DNA from: Candidatus Sumerlaeales bacterium
GTDB lineage: Bacteria > Sumerlaeota > Sumerlaeia > Sumerlaeales > Sumerlaeaceae
Assembly (NCBI GenBank): GCA_038243585.1
Contig: JBBSQY010000040.1
Location: 1 to 31,640, forward strand
Direction of reading: 5' to 3'
Length of the DNA: 31,640 bases
The position numbers were made by a program, and so were the translations under genes. Under the pieces are notes generated by a model. That model saw nothing but the letters and a program-made list of their open reading frames with translations. It did not search any database and had not been told where the DNA came from. Positions 17,824 to 28,668 of this stretch are shown piece after piece. Position 1 is the first letter of the stretch; the number at the start of each line of letters is the position of its first letter.

Positions 17824-18915
17824 CTATTTTTTCACCACCCGCTCCGAATCTGAAAGACCAGCGCTGCCATAGCTCATCATAGGTTTTCCCCGTTTTAGGC
17901 GCTCCAGAATTGCTTTCATCTCCGGCCGGTCCACCACGGGGTTGCCGGAGAGTTTCTCCTTCTCATACATGGCCAAGGTCTTACGAACAACCTCAGCAGT
18001 TGTCTCTTTTGCCGGAGTCCATTTTGCCCATACTTCGTAAGGACCATCGGCAATTATATTACCTGCGCCGGAAAGCACATTGTAAATCTGGAGGGAATTT
18101 TCCTCGGAGACTCTAAGGTCGATTCGCCCACCCTTCAGCGAGCCCATCTTTTCGTATCCCACAAGCTGCACAAGCGAAAAATCTACCCGGAGAAGTCCGG
18201 GAATATCCACATAAGCACGCTCTGTGTCACCCATTCCTAAGATAGTACCAACGTAAGAATCATAGTTTAATATGACAACGGAATTTTCAAATGTCATTTG
18301 TTCGACCTTTTTAAACGCATCCGCGATCGGTACGGAAACTTCCGGCGCCTTAATTTCCATGCTCGGCACCAGGCTTAATTTATAAACTCGGCCATCTGGA
18401 GCATGGCCAAGTTCTACCGTCTTCGCGTCCAGACTCGAAAGGTCCACTTGAAAAGAGCGGTCCTGGATGACCGCATCCGCGGGCCAGGGAGTCAGCTTAA
18501 CCGCCGTTCCGAATTTTCCGTCTATAAATTGCGGCCGTATCTGCACCCCAAAACTTCTTTCTTCATCAGTGTAAGCTGGCCCGACCATTCCGCCAAGCCC
18601 TGTAATCATGAAACCTGGCCCGGTTGTATCCCGGTAGCTTGCAATGCCCACGGTGGGAATTATGGAAAACAACCTTACATCCAACCGGTGCATCCTTGAT
18701 TCAGTGGAGGCCGCATCGTCAAACGAAGCCGGCGTAACTGCCGCTTGGCTGTCTGAAGTTTGGTAAGTGCTCCGCTCGGCTGTTTCGACGACATTTGCCG
18801 TACCAGTGGTCTGGCCAGTGCTCACAGCTGCGGCGCTCGCCACGATACAACCCAACGCCAAGTTACGAAGCTGGCAAAAATCGAGTTTCCTATTTGAAAG
18901 AAGATCGCTGTTCAT
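17824..18915 (-). CDS. Exported hypothetical protein, third gene of the ECF operon
   Basis: 363-aa ORF with a signal-peptide-like N-terminus; ATGA overlap with the upstream gene. Confidence 0.7.
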   Translation of the reverse strand: MNSDLLSNRKLDFCQLRNLALGCIVASAAAVSTGQTTGTANVVETAERSTYQTSDSQAAVTPASFDDAASTESRMHRLDVRLFSIIPTVGIASYRDTTGPGFMITGLGGMVGPAYTDEERSFGVQIRPQFIDGKFGTAVKLTPWPADAVIQDRSFQVDLSSLDAKTVELGHAPDGRVYKLSLVPSMEIKAPEVSVPIADAFKKVEQMTFENSVVILNYDSYVGTILGMGDTERAYVDIPGLLRVDFSLVQLVGYEKMGSLKGGRIDLRVSEENSLQIYNVLSGAGNIIADGPYEVWAKWTPAKETTAEVVRKTLAMYEKEKLSGNPVVDRPEMKAILERLKRGKPMMSYGSAGLSDSERVVKK

Positions 18916-19397
18916 TGCTGCTCACTTTCACATTTATAATATTGAATCGAGCGAATTGTTCCCAATCCCGCTATGACTGTATGTTCCTGGTAAAATACCG
19001 GCTCACACGCGACAAAACCAGAATTCGGTTTTGAAATCTCCGGCGCGACAGGGGAAGGCAGATTCGCTGCGGAAGGTCGGTTTTCCTGGGTAGCGGCCAT
19101 CCCGATATGGCCTCTGTTGCCGCTGTTCCACATTTGCAAAAAAGACAAAATCACCAGCGCGAACATGACCATCGCCGCCACCGGCAACGGCACTGTAACG
19201 CGTTTTTGCCACCACGACCGGTCCCGTATACGCCTTCCCGGTTTCATCCTGCTTAGTTCCACGGCTATGCGCGCCGCGTTGCCCTCCTGCGTCGACCGCG
19301 GCGGCCCCAACTCCCGCAGAGGCCTCAGTACATCCGCAATATGGTCGGCATCCGCCTGCTGCGGATCATCGGGTAAGTTTCGGCCATCCAGATTCAT
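18912..19397 (-). CDS. Putative single-pass membrane anti-sigma factor
   Basis: Directly downstream of the ECF sigma (ATGA overlap); WW.KRVTVPLPVAAMVMFALVIL transmembrane segment after a short cytoplasmic N-terminus. Confidence 0.7.
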   Translation of the reverse strand: MNLDGRNLPDDPQQADADHIADVLRPLRELGPPRSTQEGNAARIAVELSRMKPGRRIRDRSWWQKRVTVPLPVAAMVMFALVILSFLQMWNSGNRGHIGMAATQENRPSAANLPSPVAPEISKPNSGFVACEPVFYQEHTVIAGLGTIRSIQYYKCESEQQ

Positions 19398-19978
19398 TTA
19401 TCTCTGCTCCCATGACTGGTTTCGTTCGCCTGCATCTGCTGGCGAAGCCGTGCGCAGCTTCGGTGCAAGATGCTTTTCACAGTGTTAAGAGGGATCTCCA
19501 GGGCCACGGAAATCTCCTCCAGTTTGAGTTCCTCCACAAATCGCAGCAGCAGCACTTGCCGTTCGGGGTCGTTGCATTGATTGATCAGCGTCAATGCCTG
19601 CTCCACCTGTTCGCGGTGGACAACGGATTCAAATGTCGATGGTCCCGGCGTCGGTACTTTGGCTAGTTCATCCGCGTCAAGTTGTGCTTCCGATCTACTG
19701 CGCCACCCGCGGCGCTGAACGTTTCGAGCCACTCCGAACACAAACGAACGCAGCGATTCCGGTTCACCGCGCATTTTAGGAAACAAGTGCACGAGCTGAG
19801 CGAACGTCTCGCCGCACTCATCTTCTGCTCGATCATGCCGCCCGTGGGCATAGAAAAAGAATCTGTAAAGTGGAGCCTCAAATCGGGCCAATAAAATATC
19901 AAATGCCTGCGATTCGGATTGGCGTAAGCCCTTTAGCAACTCATCGTTTTCAAGGTGGTCATCAAAAGTAGGATTCAT
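19394..19978 (-). CDS. ECF (sigma-70 group 4) RNA polymerase sigma factor
   Basis: Region 2 (AFDILLARF..PLYRF, RAED, SFVFGVARN) and region 4 (RQVLLLRFVEELKLEEISVALEIPLNTVKSILHR). Likely start ATG 19978. Confidence 0.92.
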   Translation of the reverse strand: MNPTFDDHLENDELLKGLRQSESQAFDILLARFEAPLYRFFFYAHGRHDRAEDECGETFAQLVHLFPKMRGEPESLRSFVFGVARNVQRRGWRSRSEAQLDADELAKVPTPGPSTFESVVHREQVEQALTLINQCNDPERQVLLLRFVEELKLEEISVALEIPLNTVKSILHRSCARLRQQMQANETSHGSRDK

Positions 19979-20020
19979 AGGAAGGCTGACGTTTACCGCA
20001 GATTTCTGTCTCACTGGTAA

Positions 20021-20048
20021 AGTGCCTGCCGAAGGGCAAAAGGTTGCA
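20021..20048 (-). promoter_or_regulatory. Putative autoregulatory ECF promoter
   Basis: TGCAAC-CTTTT...(N16)-GGCACT: AAC-type -35 with a T-tract, ~40 nt upstream of the sigma ATG. Confidence 0.55.
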
Positions 20049-20187
20049 ATTCTATCAGAATTGCTCAATTTTGAAAGCTATTAATTAAAGATTCGCTTTC
20101 GCTACATCACAATGGATGCACCGCATCTGCCGGCGTCTGCTAATTTAAACTGAATTCGCCGTTATGGGCAGGAGCAACAGGCGTATC

Positions 20188-20312
20188 GGTAGTTGACTGG
20201 TAATTGTCAGGATAATACGGCAATCCGCCTACTTCCATTAACATAAGTGCAATACAGTCAGCTGTTCATTAATAAAAACGGTAATTGACTGATAGTTGAT
20301 TGGTAGTTGATC
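20188..20312. repeat. Five 11-bp direct repeats (consensus GGTARTTGAYT) in blocks of 2 and 3
   Basis: GGTAGTTGACT and GGTAATTGTCA (20188-20209); GGTAATTGACT, GATAGTTGATT and GGTAGTTGATC (20280-20312). Confidence 0.75.
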
Positions 20313-20389
20313 GGCGCTCAATCTTTCGCAATCAGAAGTATAGAGAAGACCAGCAATCGCTGGCTCAGGAACGGGATTAAGTAACGTCG

Positions 20390-20764
20390 CTATAACTTCG
20401 CCAGCGCATCGAAATGCTTGTCGCTGTGCCAGATTTCGGCGTTATGCTCATGGGCACAGGCATGTATCAGGATATCCGAGGCAGGAACCGTGATTCCCTT
20501 GGAACGGGCCTTGTCCGCAGTGTGAAAAGCCATCTTCCAGACTGTCTTGCTTACCTCGAGATCGTATACCACGCCTTGGATATGCCGCAGGTTTTTTCGC
20601 TCTTCCGCCCCACGAACGCCGGCCCATATTTCGAGTTGAATCATGTCGCACCAAGCAGCCCTGCCTTCTCGAAGAAGCCGCTGGAAGCGTTCCGCCAATT
20701 TCTCATCCGACTTCTCGCGCAAAATAGCAATCCATATCGACGTATCAATCAATACGACGCTCAT
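20390..20764 (-). CDS. vapC: PIN-domain toxin
   Basis: VLIDTSIWI, LEIWAG, DILI.ACA and SDKHF acidic PIN motifs; ATGA overlap with the antitoxin. Confidence 0.93.
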   Translation of the reverse strand: MSVVLIDTSIWIAILREKSDEKLAERFQRLLREGRAAWCDMIQLEIWAGVRGAEERKNLRHIQGVVYDLEVSKTVWKMAFHTADKARSKGITVPASDILIHACAHEHNAEIWHSDKHFDALAKL

Positions 20765-20970
20765 AAATCTTCTTGTGTTTCCATAGCCTCAATTTCATCG
20801 TTTGTCATTATAGTTTTGAAGGTACCCATCATGGCGATCACCTTTTCCACCCTCCGGTTCTGGTTATACTCCTTTAAAGCAGTCAGTATAACCTCACGCT
20901 TTGTTTTCACGTTTGCATAACTCGCGGCTTCTTCCATAATTACATCGGGAATATCGATTGTCGTTTTCAT
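20761..20970 (-). CDS. vapB: VapB-family (RHH) antitoxin
   Basis: MKTTIDIPD..MEEA.....KTKREVI..ALKEY pattern; GGAAGG RBS; lies upstream of vapC. Confidence 0.9.
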   Translation of the reverse strand: MKTTIDIPDVIMEEAASYANVKTKREVILTALKEYNQNRRVEKVIAMMGTFKTIMTNDEIEAMETQEDL

Positions 20971-21175
20971 AAGATTAACCTTCCGCTAATAAGCATTACT
21001 AAATAAGCATAGAAAGATTTCAAATATCGCATTATCATCCATATTATGAGCTGGTATCTATAATCTAAAACCGGGTCATTGCATAATATTTCATTATGCT
21101 CTCAATCACCTCCAGCCTAACAATTTCCCATAAAACCATCGTCAAATCACCCCACCCCGCATTCTTTCTCAATGA

Positions 21176-22885
<1,710 letters not shown>

Positions 22886-22959
22886 GCCGCTATAACAGAA
22901 GTTTGATCTGCTATTACAAATTCCCTTAATTACCGGGTTCGAGCCAGTCTGAGTTCCGA

Positions 22960-24660
22960 CTAATACATCATCCAATCTTCGATTTGTGTATCTGCAGAGT
23001 TTTCCAGACCGGGTGTTAGTGACGCGGGAATTGTCCATGCAGAGTAGTTATTGAGAGTGAGATCGCCTGCGTTGCGTGAAGCGGAAAGGTCAGATGCCGC
23101 CCCGTTGGCCCAGTAGCTGGTCCACTGGGCGGGGCCTAGAGTGATCAAGCGATTGTTCCCGCTATCCAGGCGAAAATATTTTACCGCGGATGGATCTGGA
23201 GATGCCCAGCCGTACGCTTCCACAACTGTTTCAAAAGTTGCATCTCGGCGAGTCATTGTTTGTTCCACGAGCGCCGCGGCAGTGTTGTTATCATTGTCCA
23301 AAGCGAATCCGGGGATGTTTTGTCGCTGGGTAAGCGGCAGCCTTGATTGTATCAGGTCTTTAATGCCGCTTGATTGACCCGCCTCGTCATAGATTACGAA
23401 GAGTCCACCAGGAGGTACCACACCCAGAAGATCGAAAGCGTACTGCTCGTTTTCCAAAGTCGGAACTGCTGATGGCAGGGGATCCGATTCTTTAATCCAG
23501 TAGTCTATTGGTCCCTTAAGATTAATTTCCCGCCCTCCCACGTTTTTAATCTCCAGGAACGTCTTGTCATTCGTTCCAATGTCGTTGGCGTTATACTCGT
23601 TAAGCACAAGCTGACCCGGCGGGGTCAGGTCTGGCCCCAAAGCATAATCAGTCACTACAGGCAGGTGATCAGAGGCTCCGGATGTATCGTTCACAAGGAT
23701 TCCTCCGGCGGCGGAGCGTGCGGCGGCGGTCATGGTGCGGGAGTTCAACACGAAACCTCCGGTATGGTGGACAACAGAATCGGTGTAGTAGAAGCGGTCA
23801 ATGCGAGAGACGGGATTGGCACTGCCATGAGTCCAGGGCAGACCATTATTGTAATCATAAGGCGACGCATCATAATTATCTGTGCCGTCCCAGTCTGGCG
23901 GTGATGACGTCCCGAAGCGGGCGGTATCATAAATTGTGCCGTCTAGCAGGGTTTTCCGAGGATGATAGGGAGGCGCATCGCCCCGTTCCGCCATATTTGT
24001 GTCGCCCGTAAAGATTATGGGAGTTCCGGCGGGAAGATTAATACTGCCGCCAGCCGTGCGGGCATCCCGCATCCAATTGATGATTGCGTCAGCGTGCTCC
24101 TGACGTTTCTGGTGGTCGAGCGGTTCGCCACCCGCCTTAAAGTGAGCCACCATCAGGTATAGATTTTTGTTATAGGTTGCGTTGGGCAGGTCAATCATGG
24201 CCATGCATACACCACGGATGTCTGAGGTGGGAACGGTATCCTGTCGTGTCATGGAAAGAGGAAACCGCGATGAGATAACATTGCGATTGCTGACGCCGTC
24301 AACGCCACCGTCGGCTTTTCCCAAATAAGTGTGCCACGTGCTGCCGGGGAAATAGGAAACCAGGCGCGCATTAATCTGAGCCACGGTGAGTGAGTGTTCC
24401 ATTTCCTGGAACCCAATAATGTCTGGATTTACCGCCTTGATGACTCGCCGATAAGCTCCGTCGTCCGCCGTCGTGTAAATAAAGTTATTATGAACGTTCC
24501 AGCAGAGGATGCGAACGTGATTCGGATCCCGCTTGGAGAAATCACCTGTGGTTGGATCGAAGGCTCGAGCCTGGGCGGCGGCGAACACGGCAAGCGTTCC
24601 AATCAGAATCACCCGAAAATCTCTTCGACGTGTAAATATGCTGTACAGGCACGTTATCAA
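22960..24660 (-). CDS. Secreted endonuclease/exonuclease/phosphatase (EEP) protein with lamin-tail-like domain and C-terminal IEDWMMY motif
   Basis: GAGGGAG RBS; signal peptide ending ARA; EEP motifs WNV, FQE, GDTN, RIDR and SDHLPV; LTD-like LVLNEY...FLEIKN...VPPGGLFVI...TPGLEN. Confidence 0.85.
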   Translation of the reverse strand: MITCLYSIFTRRRDFRVILIGTLAVFAAAQARAFDPTTGDFSKRDPNHVRILCWNVHNNFIYTTADDGAYRRVIKAVNPDIIGFQEMEHSLTVAQINARLVSYFPGSTWHTYLGKADGGVDGVSNRNVISSRFPLSMTRQDTVPTSDIRGVCMAMIDLPNATYNKNLYLMVAHFKAGGEPLDHQKRQEHADAIINWMRDARTAGGSINLPAGTPIIFTGDTNMAERGDAPPYHPRKTLLDGTIYDTARFGTSSPPDWDGTDNYDASPYDYNNGLPWTHGSANPVSRIDRFYYTDSVVHHTGGFVLNSRTMTAAARSAAGGILVNDTSGASDHLPVVTDYALGPDLTPPGQLVLNEYNANDIGTNDKTFLEIKNVGGREINLKGPIDYWIKESDPLPSAVPTLENEQYAFDLLGVVPPGGLFVIYDEAGQSSGIKDLIQSRLPLTQRQNIPGFALDNDNNTAAALVEQTMTRRDATFETVVEAYGWASPDPSAVKYFRLDSGNNRLITLGPAQWTSYWANGAASDLSASRNAGDLTLNNYSAWTIPASLTPGLENSADTQIEDWMMY

Positions 24661-24847
24661 TAAATCAGGCTCCCTCGGTCCGAAGATAGTTATATGTCAC
24701 GTGTCAGGTAATGCATCGACGGGAAAATTTTTGCTGGATATCGGAGCTGGCGGAACTCACTTCCGCACATCCCAAAAAGGAATTTCCCGTTAGAATTAGA
24801 TAGATCAGAACGTATTGTAGACTCCGACAAAAGCCGGAATAATCCAT

Positions 24848-25126
24848 ACAATCTAAATAAGGCTCTACCCCTATGCCATACTGGCGCAGCGGTCTGGCCG
24901 GCGGCTTCATGTCCATCGCCGCCTATTGGATCGTTATATGGGCGATGACTGTCGCGCCCATCGCCATGGTCGCCGCACTCAGAGAATCCAGCGTTTTGTT
25001 CGCCGCCGCAATATCCATGGTCATTCTCCGGGAGCCGCCGACCCGCTGGCGAATCATCGCCGCGGTAATTATTGTCGTCGGGATTGCTCTCGCCCGGAGT
25101 GGGGCTTAGAGCCTGTATGAGAATGT
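24848..25126. mobile_element. Pair of IS-end-like imperfect inverted repeats bracketing the EamA fragment
   Basis: The reverse complement of 24848-24867 (TAGAGCCTTATTTAGATTGT) matches 25107-25126 (TAGAGCCTGTATGAGAATGT) at 15/20 positions, the first 8 identical. Confidence 0.5.
24873..25109 (+). pseudogene. C-terminal fragment of an EamA/DMT-family transporter
   Basis: AYWIVIWAMTVAPIAMVAALRESSVLFAAAI...LREP...RIIAAVIIVVGI is the last ~3 TM helices of a ~280-aa EamA protein; the N-terminal part is absent. Confidence 0.8.
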
Positions 25127-25128
25127 TC

Positions 25129-27858
25129 TTACTTGCGAAATCCGCCAAGAAACGATTTCACGCTGCCGACGAGTCCCTTTGACTGCCGTTGTGGCTGGGA
25201 ATCTGCAGTGCCCGAGCTGCCCTCAAAACCGGACGGCACATTTCCAGGAGTTGGTTCCGCGGTGGTCCTTGCGGCGCCTTCGGCCCCAGACCGATTCTCT
25301 GGAATATCCCCTTCCGTAGACTTGGTAACCACCCACCCGTTACTTTTAAAGGATTCAGGAGTAGGCGCTGCAGTGGGCGGTGCCTGCGCGCCCGCTTGGA
25401 GCGCGGCAGCCTGAAGGGCGGCGTTCGGGTCCATGGGAGCAGACCCTGCTGGCCAGGCAGCCTGGTTAGTTGAATTCTGCCCGTAGGCGCTAACTTCGTT
25501 CGTAGTACCGGGCGGATAATTAACACTAACCGATTCTGGCATGGAGAGCGGATTCTGCACCGGTGCGGCAGGCTGTCCTCCTGCCTGATAGGCCGGAGGC
25601 GGCTGACCGCCCGCCATCTGTTGCACCTGGGTTCCAGGTGCATACAGCACCTGGTTTTGCGCGCCCGGCTCCTGCGGCATAGCCTCAGTAAGTTGTTGCC
25701 TCTTCGCAGCATTCTTGAGTCTGGCAGCCTCGGCCATCACCTGCTGCGCCCTTTCACGACGTGCCGCCTTGACCTGGTCGTCAGGGGCAGTCTCTGGCGC
25801 TACGGCCACTTCGGCTTTCTCAGAGCCAACTTTTACTTTTTCTGAGGAAGCCGTTTGAACTTCTTCTTTCACCAGTTCCCCGGATTCAAGCTTCTCCCGA
25901 GACTCTTCAAAGCAGGTTTCTCTAATAGGTGTTTTTAGCTCCGCCACGACAAGATCCTTGCCGCCTTCGAAATCGTTTTTCGCCTCCCGAACATCCACCA
26001 GCTTATAGATGCGATACCCTGCGGGCTCTTCCAATACTTCGGTCACCTCGCCCGGCTTAAGCTTCGATATGGCGCTGTCCCGCTCTTCGTCCGCATCTTG
26101 TTCCGGCGTAATCCAGCCAAGATCACCACTCTTTACCTTGGTCGGCGCCTGGCTGGCCTGGCGCGCCAGTAATCCAAAATCCGTGCCGCCGGCTGCCTGT
26201 CTCTGCAGCCTGCGCATCTGGGCTATTATCTTTTCGGCCTGCTTATCATCTTCCGGCTTTTCCTTGAAAATTTCGCGCAGATGAACCTCGCGCTTCGTTG
26301 CGTATTGAGACGGCTTTTTTTCATAGGCTTTGCGAATCTCATCCGCGCCAATTTCCTTCTCGAACTGCTGCTCTACCAGCTTCTCGCTGAGAGCGATATC
26401 GGAAAGATTTTCCCGGATTTCCTTTTCAGAGAAACCTTTTTCGTTCATCGCAACCTGCCAGTCCGCAGGCTCAAAATCGGGCCGCATAGAGGCGTACCGT
26501 TCAACATCAGGTGGAGACACGCTAAGTCCGGTTTCCGTGGCCACTGCTGCGGCGAGGGTGATTTCCTCCCATACCGTGGCGGCTTTTTTCGTTTCCTCTT
26601 TGCGCTGGTCAGCAGTCAGGGTTTTATCTTTTACTTTAAAGCTCACTTCCGCGAGCCGCAGGGCCTGATCCATCGTTAGCGTTTTCTCTTTAACCCGTGC
26701 TACAACGGCTGGCTCATCCGAAGGCGTCTTATCCCCTGAAACAGCAAGCGCCTGACCGCTTGATCCGTCAGGATTCAGGCTGTCAGGCGTCTCAGTTTCG
26801 GAAGGTTCCGATTCCGCATCGGATCGCCGTCGGTCAGGATCCTGGATCGGAGGCGGCCTAAGCGTGGGGGCCGGAGGAAGATCCCATTTTTCTGCTCCAG
26901 ACTGCGGTTGTGGCGCCAGCAGAAGAGGCTGGTCAAGCCCACCTAACCCGGTCGGTGCAGGTCCAGTTGATAACGACGGAGGGGCAGAAGACGGCGTTCC
27001 AGGCGTAGCAGAGCCTTGCTGAGTGATAACATTTTCATATCCGGGCGGCGGCGCGGCGCCGGGTGCCGAACGTCCGTCACTAATCATCATGCCGTCCTGC
27101 TGGCCGCCAGGCAAGCTGCGCACTCCGACCATGTTGGAAGCGGTCGGCTTCGCCTGGACGGGGTCCCATTTGTTTGCGGCATTGGTTGAATTGCCAAGGC
27201 TTGGCGTCGCGTAAAGGCCGCCGGCTCCGACACTACCCGTAGCACCCTGATATCCAGTGGCGGGCGGTGGCACACTGCCCATGCCGGGAGGTCCTCCGCC
27301 GCCAGGTCCAATATTACTTTGCAGCGGCAGAAAAGCGGCAGGCGTGTAGCGGGGTTGGGCGGGAGCCTGCTGTCCAGCCCCAACGGGCGTTGTCATACCT
27401 GGAGGCACGGCCAGACCAGGAACAGTCGAGGCCTGGATGGATGCGTCTATTCCCGCTTTCCCCATCAGGGCTCGCGCGATGTCTTCCGGGTCACGGCCCT
27501 GCATGGGATTGACAACGGCGGCCGGAGGCGGGGTGGCAACCTGTTGAACAGAATCCGCCAGGTGAGGAGCTACCGGAAGATCGACGAGATTCGCCTCGTC
27601 TGCCGTCGGAGACGACTCAGCCGCGGCGGATTTCTTCTGGTCCGGATTCGCCGGCTTGCGGCGGCCCCAGTCATCATCGCCGTCAGAATCGCCGCGACGA
27701 TCGAAATCATCGCGATTCTCTCCCGCGCGATCGTCCTCATAAAAGGAGTCGTAATCATTCTTAGGCGCGCGATCAACAAACGCCACTGCGACTATCACAC
27801 AGATGATAAACGAAAAGACAAACAGAGCTGTTGTAAATGAAACTTTAAATTTACCCAT
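25129..27858 (-). CDS. Membrane-anchored SurA/PrsA-like parvulin-domain chaperone with long low-complexity arms
   Basis: N-terminal TM helix; VVARVKEKTLT SurA-N-like start; DFGLLARQAS..PTKVKSGDLGWI...LKPGEVTEVLE...GY rotamase motif; P/A/G/Q-rich regions on both sides. Confidence 0.85.
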   Translation of the reverse strand: MGKFKVSFTTALFVFSFIICVIVAVAFVDRAPKNDYDSFYEDDRAGENRDDFDRRGDSDGDDDWGRRKPANPDQKKSAAAESSPTADEANLVDLPVAPHLADSVQQVATPPPAAVVNPMQGRDPEDIARALMGKAGIDASIQASTVPGLAVPPGMTTPVGAGQQAPAQPRYTPAAFLPLQSNIGPGGGGPPGMGSVPPPATGYQGATGSVGAGGLYATPSLGNSTNAANKWDPVQAKPTASNMVGVRSLPGGQQDGMMISDGRSAPGAAPPPGYENVITQQGSATPGTPSSAPPSLSTGPAPTGLGGLDQPLLLAPQPQSGAEKWDLPPAPTLRPPPIQDPDRRRSDAESEPSETETPDSLNPDGSSGQALAVSGDKTPSDEPAVVARVKEKTLTMDQALRLAEVSFKVKDKTLTADQRKEETKKAATVWEEITLAAAVATETGLSVSPPDVERYASMRPDFEPADWQVAMNEKGFSEKEIRENLSDIALSEKLVEQQFEKEIGADEIRKAYEKKPSQYATKREVHLREIFKEKPEDDKQAEKIIAQMRRLQRQAAGGTDFGLLARQASQAPTKVKSGDLGWITPEQDADEERDSAISKLKPGEVTEVLEEPAGYRIYKLVDVREAKNDFEGGKDLVVAELKTPIRETCFEESREKLESGELVKEEVQTASSEKVKVGSEKAEVAVAPETAPDDQVKAARRERAQQVMAEAARLKNAAKRQQLTEAMPQEPGAQNQVLYAPGTQVQQMAGGQPPPAYQAGGQPAAPVQNPLSMPESVSVNYPPGTTNEVSAYGQNSTNQAAWPAGSAPMDPNAALQAAALQAGAQAPPTAAPTPESFKSNGWVVTKSTEGDIPENRSGAEGAARTTAEPTPGNVPSGFEGSSGTADSQPQRQSKGLVGSVKSFLGGFRK

Positions 27859-28001
27859 TTTTATACACCACCAACTTTACCGCTACATCCTGTCGGTTTG
27901 CTGGACAGCAAGCTGACACTGTAGCTGAGGCTGCAAAATTCAGACACGCGCGCAAGAAGAATCGTGATGAAGGGCCAGGAGGTTCTGATGAAAAAATACA
28001 G

Positions 28002-28062
28002 GTAGGGATGGATCGCCGAGCCGTCCGCTAAGTCCAGCCAGGGATGGCTCGCCGAGCCGTCC
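28002..28062 (+). repeat. Two GTAG-type REP elements
   Basis: GTAGGGATGGATCGCCGAGCCGTCC (28002-28026) and (CC)AGGGATGGCTCGCCGAGCCGTCC (28040-28062); a third copy is at 29511. Confidence 0.85.
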
Positions 28063-28069
28063 GCTCAAC

Positions 28070-28110
28070 AAAAAAACCCGGATATGGAGACGGCACGGCC
28101 CCATACCCGG
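28070..28110 (-). terminator. Rho-independent terminator of rpmE
   Basis: Minus strand CCGGGTATGGGG...CTCCATATCCGG stem (12 bp, 2 G-U) followed by G and T7. Confidence 0.8.
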
Positions 28111-28159
28111 AAAAGGTACTTCCATTAAAATCATTGGCCTGCAGCGCGAACTGCGCTTA

Positions 28160-28414
28160 TCAGGCGGATGCTTCTTGAGTTGCTTCTTGTTCTGTAGATT
28201 CTGCGGGTACTTCTTTTTTCGTGTTGTAACGCTGACGGAATTTTTCCACGCGGCCGGCCGTGTCGATAAACCGTTGTTTGCCGGTGAAGAAAGGGTGGCA
28301 CGCAGCGCAGATTTCAAGCTTCTGCTCAGGCTTCGTGCTGCGAACCTTATATACCGCGCCACACGCGCAAGAGATGGTGGCCATCTCGTAGTCCGGGTGA
28401 GTTTCTTTTTTCAT
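28160..28414 (-). CDS. rpmE: 50S ribosomal protein L31 (Zn-binding C+ type)
   Basis: [48 protein letters not shown]. Confidence 0.98.
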   Translation of the reverse strand: MKKETHPDYEMATISCACGAVYKVRSTKPEQKLEICAACHPFFTGKQRFIDTAGRVEKFRQRYNTKKEVPAESTEQEATQEASA

Positions 28415-28668
28415 AAGTAATGCTCCTTTGAATTCCGCCGGCGCTGGATCGAAGCTGTCGCCAGGAGTTCCGTACGGCAGATGTTACGTAACGCCGCTTT
28501 TACCATGGAATTGACAACGTATTTAAAACCGACGCCAAATAGGCGGGATTAAGCGATATGGCAAATTAAGTGGTGGCCTCCGTGAGGTCCGACGGTTCTG
28601 CAATGTCCGACAATTCCGACTAAAAAACCCTGTTGCGCTCCTGCGTCAAATATCGCAGCAATTTCATC

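Noticed and set aside
22930..22950. GGGTTCGAGCC, resembling a tRNA T-loop
   Set aside because: No complete T-stem, acceptor stem or cloverleaf.
24690..25148. 152-aa minus-strand ORF
   Set aside because: Antisense to the EamA fragment and crosses the scar junctions; no protein-like features.
28415..28500. Possible L31 leader RNA (GTTACGTAAC palindrome, GC-rich stems)
   Set aside because: No structure can be supported without covariation data.
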